Positions 8,505-18,829 of a DNA stretch of 32,000 bases are shown in pieces (positions within the stretch are counted from its first letter, which is position 1; the number at the start of each line of letters is the position of its first letter). The notes beneath the pieces were generated by a model. The model did not search any database and was not told where the DNA came from. It saw only the letters and a program-made list of their open reading frames with translations. Position numbers and translations under genes: made by a program. Source of the DNA: Trichodesmium erythraeum IMS101 (GTDB lineage: Bacteria; Cyanobacteriota; Cyanobacteriia; Cyanobacteriales; Microcoleaceae); the NCBI RefSeq assembly GCF_000014265.1, contig NC_008312.1:2220001-2252000 (forward strand). The letters run 5' to 3'.

Positions 8505-10655
8505 TTAAGGTACTTCCAATAACTGATTTTCTTCTGGTACTGACCTTTCTTCAAATACTGCTAAATCAAACCAAAAAGTTGTGCCTACACCAAGTTCACT
8601 TACGAGGTTAACCTTACTATGATGCTTATCAATAATATTTCTAACAATAGACAAACCTAAACCTGTTCCTTCCAAAGTATGAACACGATTTTCAACTCGG
8701 AAAAACCTTTCAAAAATAGCTTCTTGGTCTTCAGGTTCAATACCACTTCCTGTATCTGAAATTTCAATTCTGACAAACTGATTATTAGATTTTAAATTTA
8801 GTTCTGTTGGTCGAGGTGGAGGAGGAGAAACTATCCATCCTCCTTGTTCTATTTGTTCAATTTCTATATCAGATTCTAACAGATAAGCTCTAATTACTAT
8901 TCTACCTCCTGGTTCAGTAAACTTCATAGCATTGCCTACCAAATTAGCAAATACTTGTAGTAATAAATCATAATGACCAACTACAGTAGGCAAGTTAGAT
9001 TCTATATCATAATTTAATTCTATTTTTTTATCTTTAGCATTAAGATGATAAGTTCTTAAAGTTTGTTCTATTGGTTGAGCAACATCAACAGCATTTAGGT
9101 GATAAATCATACAAGATTCTAGACGACTTAAATCCAATACATCATTAACTAAACGAGTCAAACGATCTGTTTCATGATTGGCAGTCTCTAAAAATTCTCG
9201 TCTTTCTACTTCACTTAAATCTTCCCCATATTCATGCAAAGTTTCGATGAAAGATTTAATATTAAATAAAGGGGTTCTTAATTCATGGGAGACATTACTA
9301 ATAAACTGACTTTTTGCGTCATTTAATTCTACTTCTCTAGTAATATCTTGTACAGTCATAGCAATTCCTTTAAGACTATTTCGGTATGGAGAAATAAAAT
9401 CTGTTCCTAGCTTATTTTCATAAAGTGTACATTCATAAACTACAGGACGATTAGCAGAACTACAACTATCGTATGCATCATAAATACAACTTTTACAAAG
9501 AGATTCTGTACCTGATGCTCTGTATAAAAGAACAGTTGTTAATAAAACTCTAATTGTACGTTTATTTGGTTCATCTAAAGTACAACGATATTCACCCCCT
9601 TCTATTTCCCCTGTAGCTATTTGATAAAGTGGTCTATTTAATTCCATCTGTACAGCTACAGGTAAATTATCCGTCACCTTTCCACCAATAACCTTTTTTT
9701 CTTCCCAACTAAAAATACGCCGAGCAGTTGGATTAACTAAAATCAATTGTAAATTAGCATCTAACAATAAAGCGCCATCAGCAATTGTGGAAACTAAGGT
9801 TTCTAACTTTGCTTTTTCTGCCGTTAATTTTTCAATATTTTGCTTCTTATAATTTTCTAACTGTTCCGCCATTTCATTAAAGCTCAAAATCAGTTCCCCT
9901 AGTTCTCTTCCAAAAGATAAGTCTATCCTTTGTTTAAAATTTCCCTGAGCAATATTTTTGACACCTTCCGATAATTTCTTGATTGGTTTAGTAATAATCA
10001 AAGCATGAACAACTGCACCTAAAATTACCATTGCCCAGATCGAAACAAAAACTGCTAAAGTTACATCTCTAGTCAGATTTGAAGAGACAACCACAGTAGG
10101 ATTAGGATTAATTCCAACTGCTAAAACTCCTAAATATTTACTTTCATCAATAAGGGGAACAAAAACATCCGTTAATTGACCATTAGGAGTTAAATGTTGT
10201 CGCACTAGAGGCAAAGCTGAATATTTTTCATCCTCTATATTGGCCATAAAATCTTCTGGCAGTTGAATACGACGACGGAGAGTAAGAGATGTTTTTACCT
10301 CAGATTCTGAGAAGGGAATACCTAAGAAAATCTTTCCTTCTTCATCAGCATAGAGCATATAACGTACACTAGATGTACTTTTGTAGAAAAGTCTGGAAAA
10401 ACGGGCTACTTCGTTGCGATTGCCTTCTGCCATAAGTGGGGCGACATTAGCGGCTAATAATAAACCCAGGTCTCGACCATAACGAGTGTCATTCAGGCGA
10501 GCATCCTCCTGAATAGTATTTACTGCCCAGAAGCTTAAGCTACTCATTAGCAAAGATACTATCAGGGTAATAACTGCCATAAGTTTGCTCTGGAGGGTAA
10601 ACTCAGACCACCAATTAGCAATAATTTCTCCGATTTTTTTGAGGAGGGGAAGCAT
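8505..10655 (-). CDS. nblS: Sensor histidine kinase NblS/Hik33 (DspA) type: 2 TM, HAMP, PAS, HisKA, HATPase
   Basis: N-terminus WWSEFTLQSKLMAV...FWAVNTIQEDARLNDTRYGRDLGLLLAANVAPL matches my memory of NblS/Hik33. H-box FISNVSHELRTPL. G-box DTGSGI...GTGLGLSIV. 716 aa, longer than the ~660 aa I recall for this family, because of two insertions. Confidence 0.85.
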   Translation of the reverse strand: MLPLLKKIGEIIANWWSEFTLQSKLMAVITLIVSLLMSSLSFWAVNTIQEDARLNDTRYGRDLGLLLAANVAPLMAEGNRNEVARFSRLFYKSTSSVRYMLYADEEGKIFLGIPFSESEVKTSLTLRRRIQLPEDFMANIEDEKYSALPLVRQHLTPNGQLTDVFVPLIDESKYLGVLAVGINPNPTVVVSSNLTRDVTLAVFVSIWAMVILGAVVHALIITKPIKKLSEGVKNIAQGNFKQRIDLSFGRELGELILSFNEMAEQLENYKKQNIEKLTAEKAKLETLVSTIADGALLLDANLQLILVNPTARRIFSWEEKKVIGGKVTDNLPVAVQMELNRPLYQIATGEIEGGEYRCTLDEPNKRTIRVLLTTVLLYRASGTESLCKSCIYDAYDSCSSANRPVVYECTLYENKLGTDFISPYRNSLKGIAMTVQDITREVELNDAKSQFISNVSHELRTPLFNIKSFIETLHEYGEDLSEVERREFLETANHETDRLTRLVNDVLDLSRLESCMIYHLNAVDVAQPIEQTLRTYHLNAKDKKIELNYDIESNLPTVVGHYDLLLQVFANLVGNAMKFTEPGGRIVIRAYLLESDIEIEQIEQGGWIVSPPPPRPTELNLKSNNQFVRIEISDTGSGIEPEDQEAIFERFFRVENRVHTLEGTGLGLSIVRNIIDKHHSKVNLVSELGVGTTFWFDLAVFEERSVPEENQLLEVP

Positions 10656-11264
10656 TTTTTAAGTCAAAAGTCAAAATTTAAAAGTCAATAAAAGTTAAGA
10701 TTACTTCTCAATTCTACTCTATATTAACTGGGGTAGTTAGGCTTTACCGAAAGGTTATATTGATTTTATGATTCAGTTGTGCTCAAAGGGAACGAGGAAT
10801 AAAAAGTTGGTAACTCTATAAAAGTTGCGATCTAGCTGTCACACTTGCTCACCATGGGGTAGTCGCGCAGCATTATATGTTAGTGACAGCCAAAAACGCA
10901 ACCAACTCCTTTAATGGAATTAAATAGATTTAAATTTTGTAGCTCTTGGGTTTACCTTTTTGAATCATACGGTTGATTATGTCAAAAGCTTACTAATCAC
11001 TCTACTGGTCACTCAAGCTTTAATTGAAAGATAGAGTTTGTTTGATATGGGGTAAGTGCCTGAGTCTGAAATTTTTCATCTCCCAACTTGCCGACAAACA
11101 TCACTTTGCTCTTAGTCACATTGTAGTTTTCTTTGCCGAATCCTGCGCAAAGGGATCTAGATCCGCGATGATAAGCACTTTCACCTTTATAAATATTCCC
11201 CCTACTTGACTAATAAATCTGAGGTTTCCATCTATTTGGATAGGGAATGGCTCTACTCTAATTT

Positions 11265-12536
11265 CTAATTGCTAAAAACCTGACGACCTATATCTCTGCG
11301 ATAGTACATTCTTTCAAATTGAATACAATCTACAGCAGCATAAGCTTTTGCCTTGGCTTCAGTAAAATTAGCCCCCACTGCTGTTACTCCCAAGACACGA
11401 CCACCCTCAGTGATTAAATTTTGTGCCTGGAATTTTGTTCCTGCGTGAAATATTTTTACTCCAGTGGCTTCAGCCTTTTCTACTCCACATATGATTTTTC
11501 CTTTCTGATAAGTTCCTGGATAACCCCCAGAAGCTAAAACTACACATACTGCTACTCCTGATTTCCAATTAATAGGGGGCAGCTGACCCAAACGTTGTTC
11601 ACAACAAGCTAATAATAATTCCTCCAATGGAGTTTCCAGCAATGACAGAATAGGTTGAGTTTCTGGGTCGCCAAACCTACAGTTAAATTCCAATACTTTT
11701 GCCTCTCCTGTGGGACTTATTATTAATCCAGCATAAATCACACCTCGATAATCTATACCACGTTTTTGTAAATTAGTCAAAGTTGGTTCTAGGACTTGTT
11801 GTTGAATGTGGGTCATGAGTTCGGGGGTAACAATAGGAGTAGGGGCATAAGCACCCATACCTCCAGTGTTAGGTCCTGTGTCTCCTTCTCCTACTGCTTT
11901 ATGGTCTTGGGCTGGTAATAGGGGACGAATGGTTAGTCCATCGGTTAGGGCTAATACTGATATTTCTTGACCTGTGAGGAACTCTTCGATAACTACAGAT
12001 TGGTTTTTTTTGTCAAATTCTCCTTGAAAGATCCTATCTATAGCATTGTGAGCCATTTCAATTGTAGTGGCTACCGTAACTCCTTTTCCAGCCGCTAGAC
12101 CATCTGCTTTAATGACTATGGGAATTTCTGTGATGTATTCTTTAGCAGCTTCAGCCCTGGTAAAGGTGGCTGACTTAGCAGTGGGAATATTTGCTTCGGC
12201 CATGAATTGTTTAGCCCAAGATTTGCTCGCTTCAAGAATAGCCCCTGCTTTAGTGGGGCCGAATATTTTGAGATGGGATTTTTGTAGGTAGTCGGTAATG
12301 CCGAGGGCTAAAGGAACTTCAGGGCCAACAACCACTAGAGAAATGTTTTCGTCAGCGATGAGTTGTCTGAGAGCTGGAAAGTCTGTCACTGGGATGACTA
12401 TGTTTTGACATTTTGCCTGGGTAGCTGTGCCGCCGTTGCCAGGGGTACAGAATATTTGTTGAACTTGGGAAGAGTGGGATAGTTTCCAGGCGATCGCGTG
12501 TTCTCTACCACCGTTACCTACTATTAATATTTTCAC
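11265..12536 (-). CDS. purD: Phosphoribosylamine--glycine ligase
   Basis: MKILIVGNGGREHAIAWKL..., ATP-grasp core, GPNTGGMGAY, EFNCRFGDPETQ. GTG start. Confidence 0.95.
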   Translation of the reverse strand: MKILIVGNGGREHAIAWKLSHSSQVQQIFCTPGNGGTATQAKCQNIVIPVTDFPALRQLIADENISLVVVGPEVPLALGITDYLQKSHLKIFGPTKAGAILEASKSWAKQFMAEANIPTAKSATFTRAEAAKEYITEIPIVIKADGLAAGKGVTVATTIEMAHNAIDRIFQGEFDKKNQSVVIEEFLTGQEISVLALTDGLTIRPLLPAQDHKAVGEGDTGPNTGGMGAYAPTPIVTPELMTHIQQQVLEPTLTNLQKRGIDYRGVIYAGLIISPTGEAKVLEFNCRFGDPETQPILSLLETPLEELLLACCEQRLGQLPPINWKSGVAVCVVLASGGYPGTYQKGKIICGVEKAEATGVKIFHAGTKFQAQNLITEGGRVLGVTAVGANFTEAKAKAYAAVDCIQFERMYYRRDIGRQVFSN

Positions 12537-12855
12537 GTTTTTTTTGCTTTTTGAATTATTTTTTTACTGAGTTTTTTATTATCTCACTGTTGATAATTTT
12601 ATTGAATCAGCAAGAAATATTTAGTTCTCAATAACAGAAGTATCAATCATAAAATAGTATAAAACTATAACTAAAAATGGGGATAGGTGTTTAAGTTCAT
12701 ATAATACAGTTCCTAGTTTAAATTTGTTGCTCAATTAATTGAATATTTTAAATTAATTAATAATTATATTTTTTGATTTTTTTTATTTTATAAATATACA
12801 TTTATAGTTAGCAAATTTAATAAATAATATTCTCGATAACTAAAGATAAAAAGTA

Positions 12856-12898
12856 GAATATACTATTTATTTAAGTCATAAAAATAAATAGTATATTC
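12856..12898 (-). terminator. Perfect 17-bp AT-rich inverted repeat (possible terminator of the hydrolase gene)
   Basis: GAATATACTATTTATTT (12856-12872), 9-nt loop, AAATAAATAGTATATTC (12882-12898). On the minus strand it is followed by TACTTTTTA. The all-AT stem is weak. Confidence 0.25.
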
Positions 12899-13114
12899 GG
12901 GAATATTAAAGATAAAATTTAAACTTTAAATACAGTATTTATAAACTTGGATAGCAGTCAATGATAGTTAGTGAGTGAACAAATAAAATCCACATTTTTA
13001 AAAGTTGGTAATAGTGATTAACACATAGACAAACTTATACAAAAAAGTCGTATTAATCTTTAATTATAATAGTATCAATGATACTAGTAAAATTATCATT
13101 ATTTCAGTATATAA

Positions 13115-14302
13115 TTAATCTAATTCATCAGCGATAGCTCGAAATAAAGCCACAGTTTCTACATCATCAATAGTTTTCAAAATACTATTACTAGAACCAG
13201 TTTTTACCACAACAAAATTCTTTTCTGGATTAATATAAATGTATTGTCCCCAAGCACCAGTTGCACAATAATCACCTTTTGAACCTTCTGGAATCCACCA
13301 ATGATGTTGATAACCCCATTTCAAATATCTCTCATCTGTTGTTCCTGGTTGTAAGTGGGAACTATCAGGTATTGTTGACTCTTTTACCCAACTTTTAGGG
13401 ATGATTTGTTGTCCGTTAAAATATCCATTGTGTAAATAAACTAAACCAAATTTTGCATAATCCCTCAAAGTACAATTCATCCCACAAAAAGTTACTTCTG
13501 TCCCATAATTATCCGTTAACCAATAAGCATCTGATTCTGCTCCCATTGGTTGCCATAATTTTTTTTCTAAATAACTGACAAGATCTTGCTCAGTTACCCG
13601 CCTTAACAATAAACCTAATATTTGAGTATTCAAACTCACATATTCAAAATAATCTCCTGAGGGAAATTTAGAAGGATAGTTTAAAATCACCTTTTCTATT
13701 GGTTGCATATACAAAAATAACTTATATAAAAGTTGTTGAATATCAGAATTTTTATCTTTATAAGCTTCACTAAACTTGATACCTGAAGACATTTGTAGAA
13801 TATGTTTAATTGGTACATTGTTATATCCCGATTCTTTTAACTCTGGCATATACTTAGTAATCGGGTCGTCAAGATTTTGAATATAACCCTCATTAAGAGC
13901 AATTCCAATCAATGCAGAAATAAAGCCTTTTGCCACTGACCAAGAAGTTTTTTTGTCAAACTTTGTATAACCTTGAGAATACTTTTCATAAATAATAAAG
14001 TCATCTTTAAGTATTAAAATTCCTGTGTTACCTGTCCGTTGTAAAAAATCTACTATTGTCCGAGTTTCACCCTGAAATTGATAGGATGTATTTAAATCAC
14101 AAAAACTTTCCTGAAAAATATAGGGTTGAGTAGCACAACGGATAATTTTACTGGGAAAAACCTGATCCATGCTGCGAAAGTTTTTTACCCTTTTGTGATC
14201 ATCAAACATAGTTATTTTGGGTTCGAGATAGAAGCGCCAAATAATTAAACCAATAGCAATTAGAGGCAAAATAAAAATTAGAATAAAATTTAAAATGAGC
14301 AT
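13115..14302 (-). CDS. Serine hydrolase, beta-lactamase/transpeptidase-like family, N-terminal TM anchor
   Basis: 395 aa. Hydrophobic N-terminus. S-x-x-K motif in TSWSVAKGFISALIGIAL. Overall layout matches class-C beta-lactamase-like esterases. Confidence 0.8.
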   Translation of the reverse strand: MLILNFILIFILPLIAIGLIIWRFYLEPKITMFDDHKRVKNFRSMDQVFPSKIIRCATQPYIFQESFCDLNTSYQFQGETRTIVDFLQRTGNTGILILKDDFIIYEKYSQGYTKFDKKTSWSVAKGFISALIGIALNEGYIQNLDDPITKYMPELKESGYNNVPIKHILQMSSGIKFSEAYKDKNSDIQQLLYKLFLYMQPIEKVILNYPSKFPSGDYFEYVSLNTQILGLLLRRVTEQDLVSYLEKKLWQPMGAESDAYWLTDNYGTEVTFCGMNCTLRDYAKFGLVYLHNGYFNGQQIIPKSWVKESTIPDSSHLQPGTTDERYLKWGYQHHWWIPEGSKGDYCATGAWGQYIYINPEKNFVVVKTGSSNSILKTIDDVETVALFRAIADELD

Positions 14303-15211
14303 AGTTATTATTTAAGAGATAGATAGGGATACTGCTGAGGCAATGCTCTGTTTTTGATATTATGTATTAAAACGCTATTGATGTTACCATCTTAATAGCA
14401 ATTTCTTTAAGTATGCCTACATATTATACTCAATAATTAAATCATATAATCTTATTAATATTAAGTAACTTAGCTTAAGTTTATGAAATTGGTATTAAAT
14501 AAAATTAACTATGCTTTAACAGACACCAAATAATTAAAAACTATTTCTCATTAGATATCTCAAAAAAAAAATTAAGCTATAATTGTAATGAAAATTGTGT
14601 AAAAAATATATATCAATGAATAAGATATTAAAATAGATCAATAAGTACTCACAATAAACCCAAATATTTATTGGTATTACTAATTCTAATTTTATGTCTA
14701 TAATCTTACTAGTAACTATGGGATTAACATAGTATAATAAAGCTTTGATTAAAATAGTAAATCACTCTTTTATAACTATTTTTTCCTACATTTTTAAATA
14801 GTTTCTGGAATAAGCTTAACTCAGTTTACTATAACATAATTATCAAAAAATAAAAGGGGTTTAACTATTTCAAAAAAACTGCAAAGATAATAGAATTATC
14901 TAATTAAAATTTTGGTTGATTAGCAAATATATTCAACAGGATTTAGCTCAGGAGTATTTGGAGAAAATTTTGTAAATTTATAAACTATTCTTCTTGTGAT
15001 AAATCTTGATTAATTGTCATTAAGTATCCTCAATCTGCTTGAGACTTATGATAAGTTGCTTCATCCCAAAATATTGCTAATCTTCTACTATATCTATTGC
15101 GACTAACATGGGATTACTATAGGTAATTATAAATTATTTCTTTGCTTTCCTTTTGCTAACTAAGGAAATAATAATAAAATTTTTATTTGTAAAATACAAA
15201 AGCTTAAATTA

Positions 15212-16372
15212 ATGGTAAAAATGAAAATGAATGAAGAGGAAAAAAAACAACAAAACAAAATTCAGCGAGTGGGTGTTGTTGGTGGTGGTCAATTAGCATG
15301 GATGATGGGGGATGCAGCAAAAAAACTAGGAGTAGATTTAATTATTCAAACTCCTCATCAAGATGACCCAGCAGTATCTATTGCAAAGGATATAATTTTG
15401 GCAGAAATTGATGACCCTCAGGCAACTACTAAGTTAGCAAATATTTGTGATGTGATTACCTTTGAGAATGAGTTTATTAATATAGATGAGTTATCATATC
15501 TTGCTGAAAAGAATGTAATTTTTCGTCCTAGTTTATCTGTGTTGAAGCCGTTATTAGATAAATATGAACAGTTATGTTATTTACGATATTTGGGTTTACC
15601 TGTACCGAACTTTTGGGAGTGGGGAATAGAGATTGAGCCTTTATCTTTCCCTTTGGTATTGAAAGCTCGTCGTCATGGTTATGACGGTCAGGGTACTTTT
15701 ATTATTAAGAATATTGAGAGTTTAAAATCTCAGGGAAATTCAGAATTTTTCATACAAGAATTTATTCCTTTTGAACGAGAGGTTGCTGTTATTGCTGCTC
15801 GTGGAGTTACTGGGGAAGTTAAGGTTTATCCTGTGGTAGAAACTCAACAAGAAAACCAGGTTTGCCAGCGGGTTTTTGTACCTGATGAAAATTTAGAATT
15901 AGTAACAGAAATTGAAGAGATCGCTCAGACTCTCCTTAATAGTTTAGAAGTAGTAGGAGTATTTGGGATAGAAATGTTTATTACTAAAGACAAGAAGGTT
16001 TTAATTAATGAAATTGCTCCAAGAACTCATAACTCTGGTCATTACAGTTTGGATGCTTGTGAAGTTTCCCAGTTTGAACAACATTTACGGGCTGTTTGTG
16101 GTTTACCTTTAGGTAATACTACTCTCAAAGTAAGGAGAGCGGTGATGGTAAATTTATTGGGTTATGAATTTGGGGAAAATTACTACTTGACAAAACGGCA
16201 AATGTTAGAAAAAATTCCTCATGCTTCGGTTTGGTGGTATGGCAAAACAGAATCTCGCCCAGGACGGAAGTTAGGTCATGTGACTGTTTTGCTAGATGAG
16301 GAAAATTTTGAAATTATGGGTCGCAAGGGTGAGGCGATCGCTAATAAAATAGAGAATATCTGGTACACCTAA
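15212..16372 (+). CDS. purK: N5-carboxyaminoimidazole ribonucleotide synthase
   Basis: VGVVGGGQLAWMM, ATP-grasp LKARRHGYDGQGTF, NEIAPRTHNSGHYS, GRKLGHVT. The start could also be the ATG at 15221 or 15227. Confidence 0.9.
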   Translation: MVKMKMNEEEKKQQNKIQRVGVVGGGQLAWMMGDAAKKLGVDLIIQTPHQDDPAVSIAKDIILAEIDDPQATTKLANICDVITFENEFINIDELSYLAEKNVIFRPSLSVLKPLLDKYEQLCYLRYLGLPVPNFWEWGIEIEPLSFPLVLKARRHGYDGQGTFIIKNIESLKSQGNSEFFIQEFIPFEREVAVIAARGVTGEVKVYPVVETQQENQVCQRVFVPDENLELVTEIEEIAQTLLNSLEVVGVFGIEMFITKDKKVLINEIAPRTHNSGHYSLDACEVSQFEQHLRAVCGLPLGNTTLKVRRAVMVNLLGYEFGENYYLTKRQMLEKIPHASVWWYGKTESRPGRKLGHVTVLLDEENFEIMGRKGEAIANKIENIWYT

Positions 16373-16687
16373 AGCTTGCTGTTGCCTCTTTTAGACACTT
16401 TATGACTTTTGACTTTTAAATTTTGAAGTTTGACTGCATAAAGGGGGGTGACAGAAAAAAAATAACCGCTATAATAATCATTAGGTTCTACTATGACGTT
16501 GGTAACTGCCAAAAATGTTTTTTTGACCTACAAATCAAAAAACATGGGAATCTAGATTTTTAAGTGTCAGTAAACTGGGCTTGTATCCAGAAACTTTAAA
16601 CTTAAGCCAAGATACCCACCTGGTATTATCCAGGTCAAAAGCTGAGGTAAGACGGCGTTGCGGTAGACCATTTTTATGTAGAGTAAA

Positions 16688-16872
16688 AAAGTTGGAACTA
16701 AAGTTTTGATATCCTCCCTGGCTGTGACTCGCGGGAAATAACTGAGAAAAGCTCCCTCAGCAGCTTGACGTTTCCAAGGCTGCTAACCACACTCCTTTCC
16801 CTGAGTATAGTTTTTGTACCGCAGTTGAAACCCTTCCATTCTCGCGCCTTAAAGGTCTAACTTACCAACTTT
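16688..16872 (+). ncRNA. ssrS: Candidate 6S RNA (ssrS/ssaA); placement tentative
   Basis: As I recall, cyanobacterial 6S RNA lies downstream of purK on the same strand. Here AAAGTTGG (16688-16695) pairs with CCAACTTT (16865-16872), giving a 185-nt span. An internal hairpin CAGCAGC...GCTGCT and further complementary blocks are present. I could not fold it rigorously by hand. Confidence 0.3.
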
Positions 16873-17816
16873 AAACCCATAGAATGAAACAATTTTAATG
16901 TTGGCTCCCAAGGAATAATTATTCGGAACGAGGGACCTTATTTTTCTGATTTTCCCTCTAAAAATATTTGTATGGGTTCTTTATCTGATCATCACTAATT
17001 GCTTTTGTTCTTGTATCCTATAGCTTTCCCTGAATAAGAGTGATTTTTACCCGTGTATTTTTATATCATTTAAATAGTATCATAAGTCGTGATAGTGCTT
17101 TATATAGTCAAGAGAATATCCAGTTAATCTCAAATTTAAAATGGACAACTAGGACCTCAATGACTTGAAAAAGGGCGAAGGAAATAATTGAATTAGACCT
17201 TGAAGAGGTAAAAATTTTTTCTGAAACAGACCCAAAAATCACAAAAATAACCAGGGGTACTTCTTGAAATTGAATATTAATGGTTGCAACAAAAAGTTAC
17301 TTATGCTGGTATTAGAGGGTATCTATAAATAAAACCTTAAGGGACAAGACCATTTAGTTTTAGTAGAATTATAGCAATTAGAGGATACCATTGATAATTT
17401 CTTGTAACTCTACTATTTGCTTTCTCCCTCGTAATTCTGATTTTACCACAGTTAGGATGGGAGCTATTGTTTCCTAGTGACGATCGCTTAGGTCTGTGGA
17501 ATAGGTTTTGGGAGTCATATACTCTAATTTTTAATATCTGGTTATTTCTATCTTCTTGCTTTTACCCCCTTTATTATTTGATTTTAATTTTTTTTAACAG
17601 GTATCTTCTTAAACAAAAGAGTTGTTGGGAATTAAGCCTAAAAAATGCCTAAAACCAAAAACAAGTTTAGGCTAAAGGGTGCTCTTGAGAATGAAAAAAA
17701 CTAAAAAGCTTATAGAGTAAACTTTTGAGAATTTAAAATTTTCCCACACCCAACAAATCTAGTATTCATCAAGTTCTATAAGCTTAATTTTTTTAAGCGA
17801 TCGCCTCTTAACTTAC

Positions 17817-18050
17817 CTACTCCCCAAATAATCTTCCTACCGAAGCCTCCAGAACCCTAAACACCAAAGGTATAACTACCCCCTGACTCAAAATTTCTTG
17901 CGACTCATAACCGGCATCAGTAGGAGAAGAAAAAAATTCGAACTTTGTGCTCTGACAAATTAATTATCCAATATTCTTGAATACCTTCCACAATATAAAT
18001 CTTCTTCTGTTTTTCTTTAAAAGTACTACCAACGGGTAAAGATGATGAGT
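17817..18050 (-). pseudogene. Uma2-family endonuclease remnant (C-terminal fragment, frameshifted)
   Basis: Minus-strand translation gives KEKQKKIYIVEGIQEYWIINLSEHKVRIFFFSY*. After a -1/+1 shift at the A/T run near 17925-17935 it reads SPTDAGYESQEILSQGVVIPLVFRVLEASVGRLFGE*. Both match the Uma2 C-terminal consensus (GIxEYWIxN...V..Y, then G.I.PL.F..LE..V..LFG). No N-terminal half is present. Confidence 0.5.
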
Positions 18051-18829
18051 AGGTAAAAAATAGTGAAAGACTTACTTGTCTCCATTGCAATACTAATCTA
18101 ATAATATAGTTTCGCTAATATATTTATGAATAAAAACCAGAAGTGAGTGACTTAAGATTATTAGATCATGTTCAAGAATATACAAATCATAAAAATCAGT
18201 TAACAAAAGAATATGTAGTAGTTTTTATATCATATAATATTATGTTTATGCCACAGAAAAGCATCTAGTAATTTACCCTGAGATTGTAATATTTTATAAC
18301 TACGGGGTTTGGTCTCCAAAAATGAGTAAAAATAGGATTAATATGACCAAAATTATAGAGTTTTTTTTACCAATTATTTCATATTACTATCTAAAAATAT
18401 CGTTTTAAGCTTCTGGCTTTAGCAGTAGACAATAAAAGTGAAAAAATATTTTTTTCCCTTAAAATGATAGGATTAAGACATTATTTATTTTTCAAAAATA
18501 ATGAATAATCGGATATTTTTAATCAAAATAATTCTCATAATTTGTGTTAAATAGAACACAGTAAAATAAGTTTTTTTATTGTAAGAAAATATAACTTTAT
18601 TTACCGGATAAATTTTTGCTGGTGATGGATTGTTATGATAGTCTATTGTAATTATTGGAGTCAAAAACAAGAGCAGTGGGGGCATCTTGGAACCATATTA
18701 GGTTTTTTTAATCCCTACTATTGCGGGAAAAGAAATACTAAACTTTTATATTTTCCTTATTATTTTAACAGGAACTTTTGCTATATAATAATATAGATAT
18801 TTATAGTTGCTTACCAAGGAGAAATCAAT

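Noticed and set aside
17930-17960. tRNA-like GTTCGAA (T-loop-like) string on the minus strand
   Set aside because: No acceptor, D or anticodon arms can be drawn. The string lies within the Uma2 pseudogene remnant reading frame (HKVRIF).
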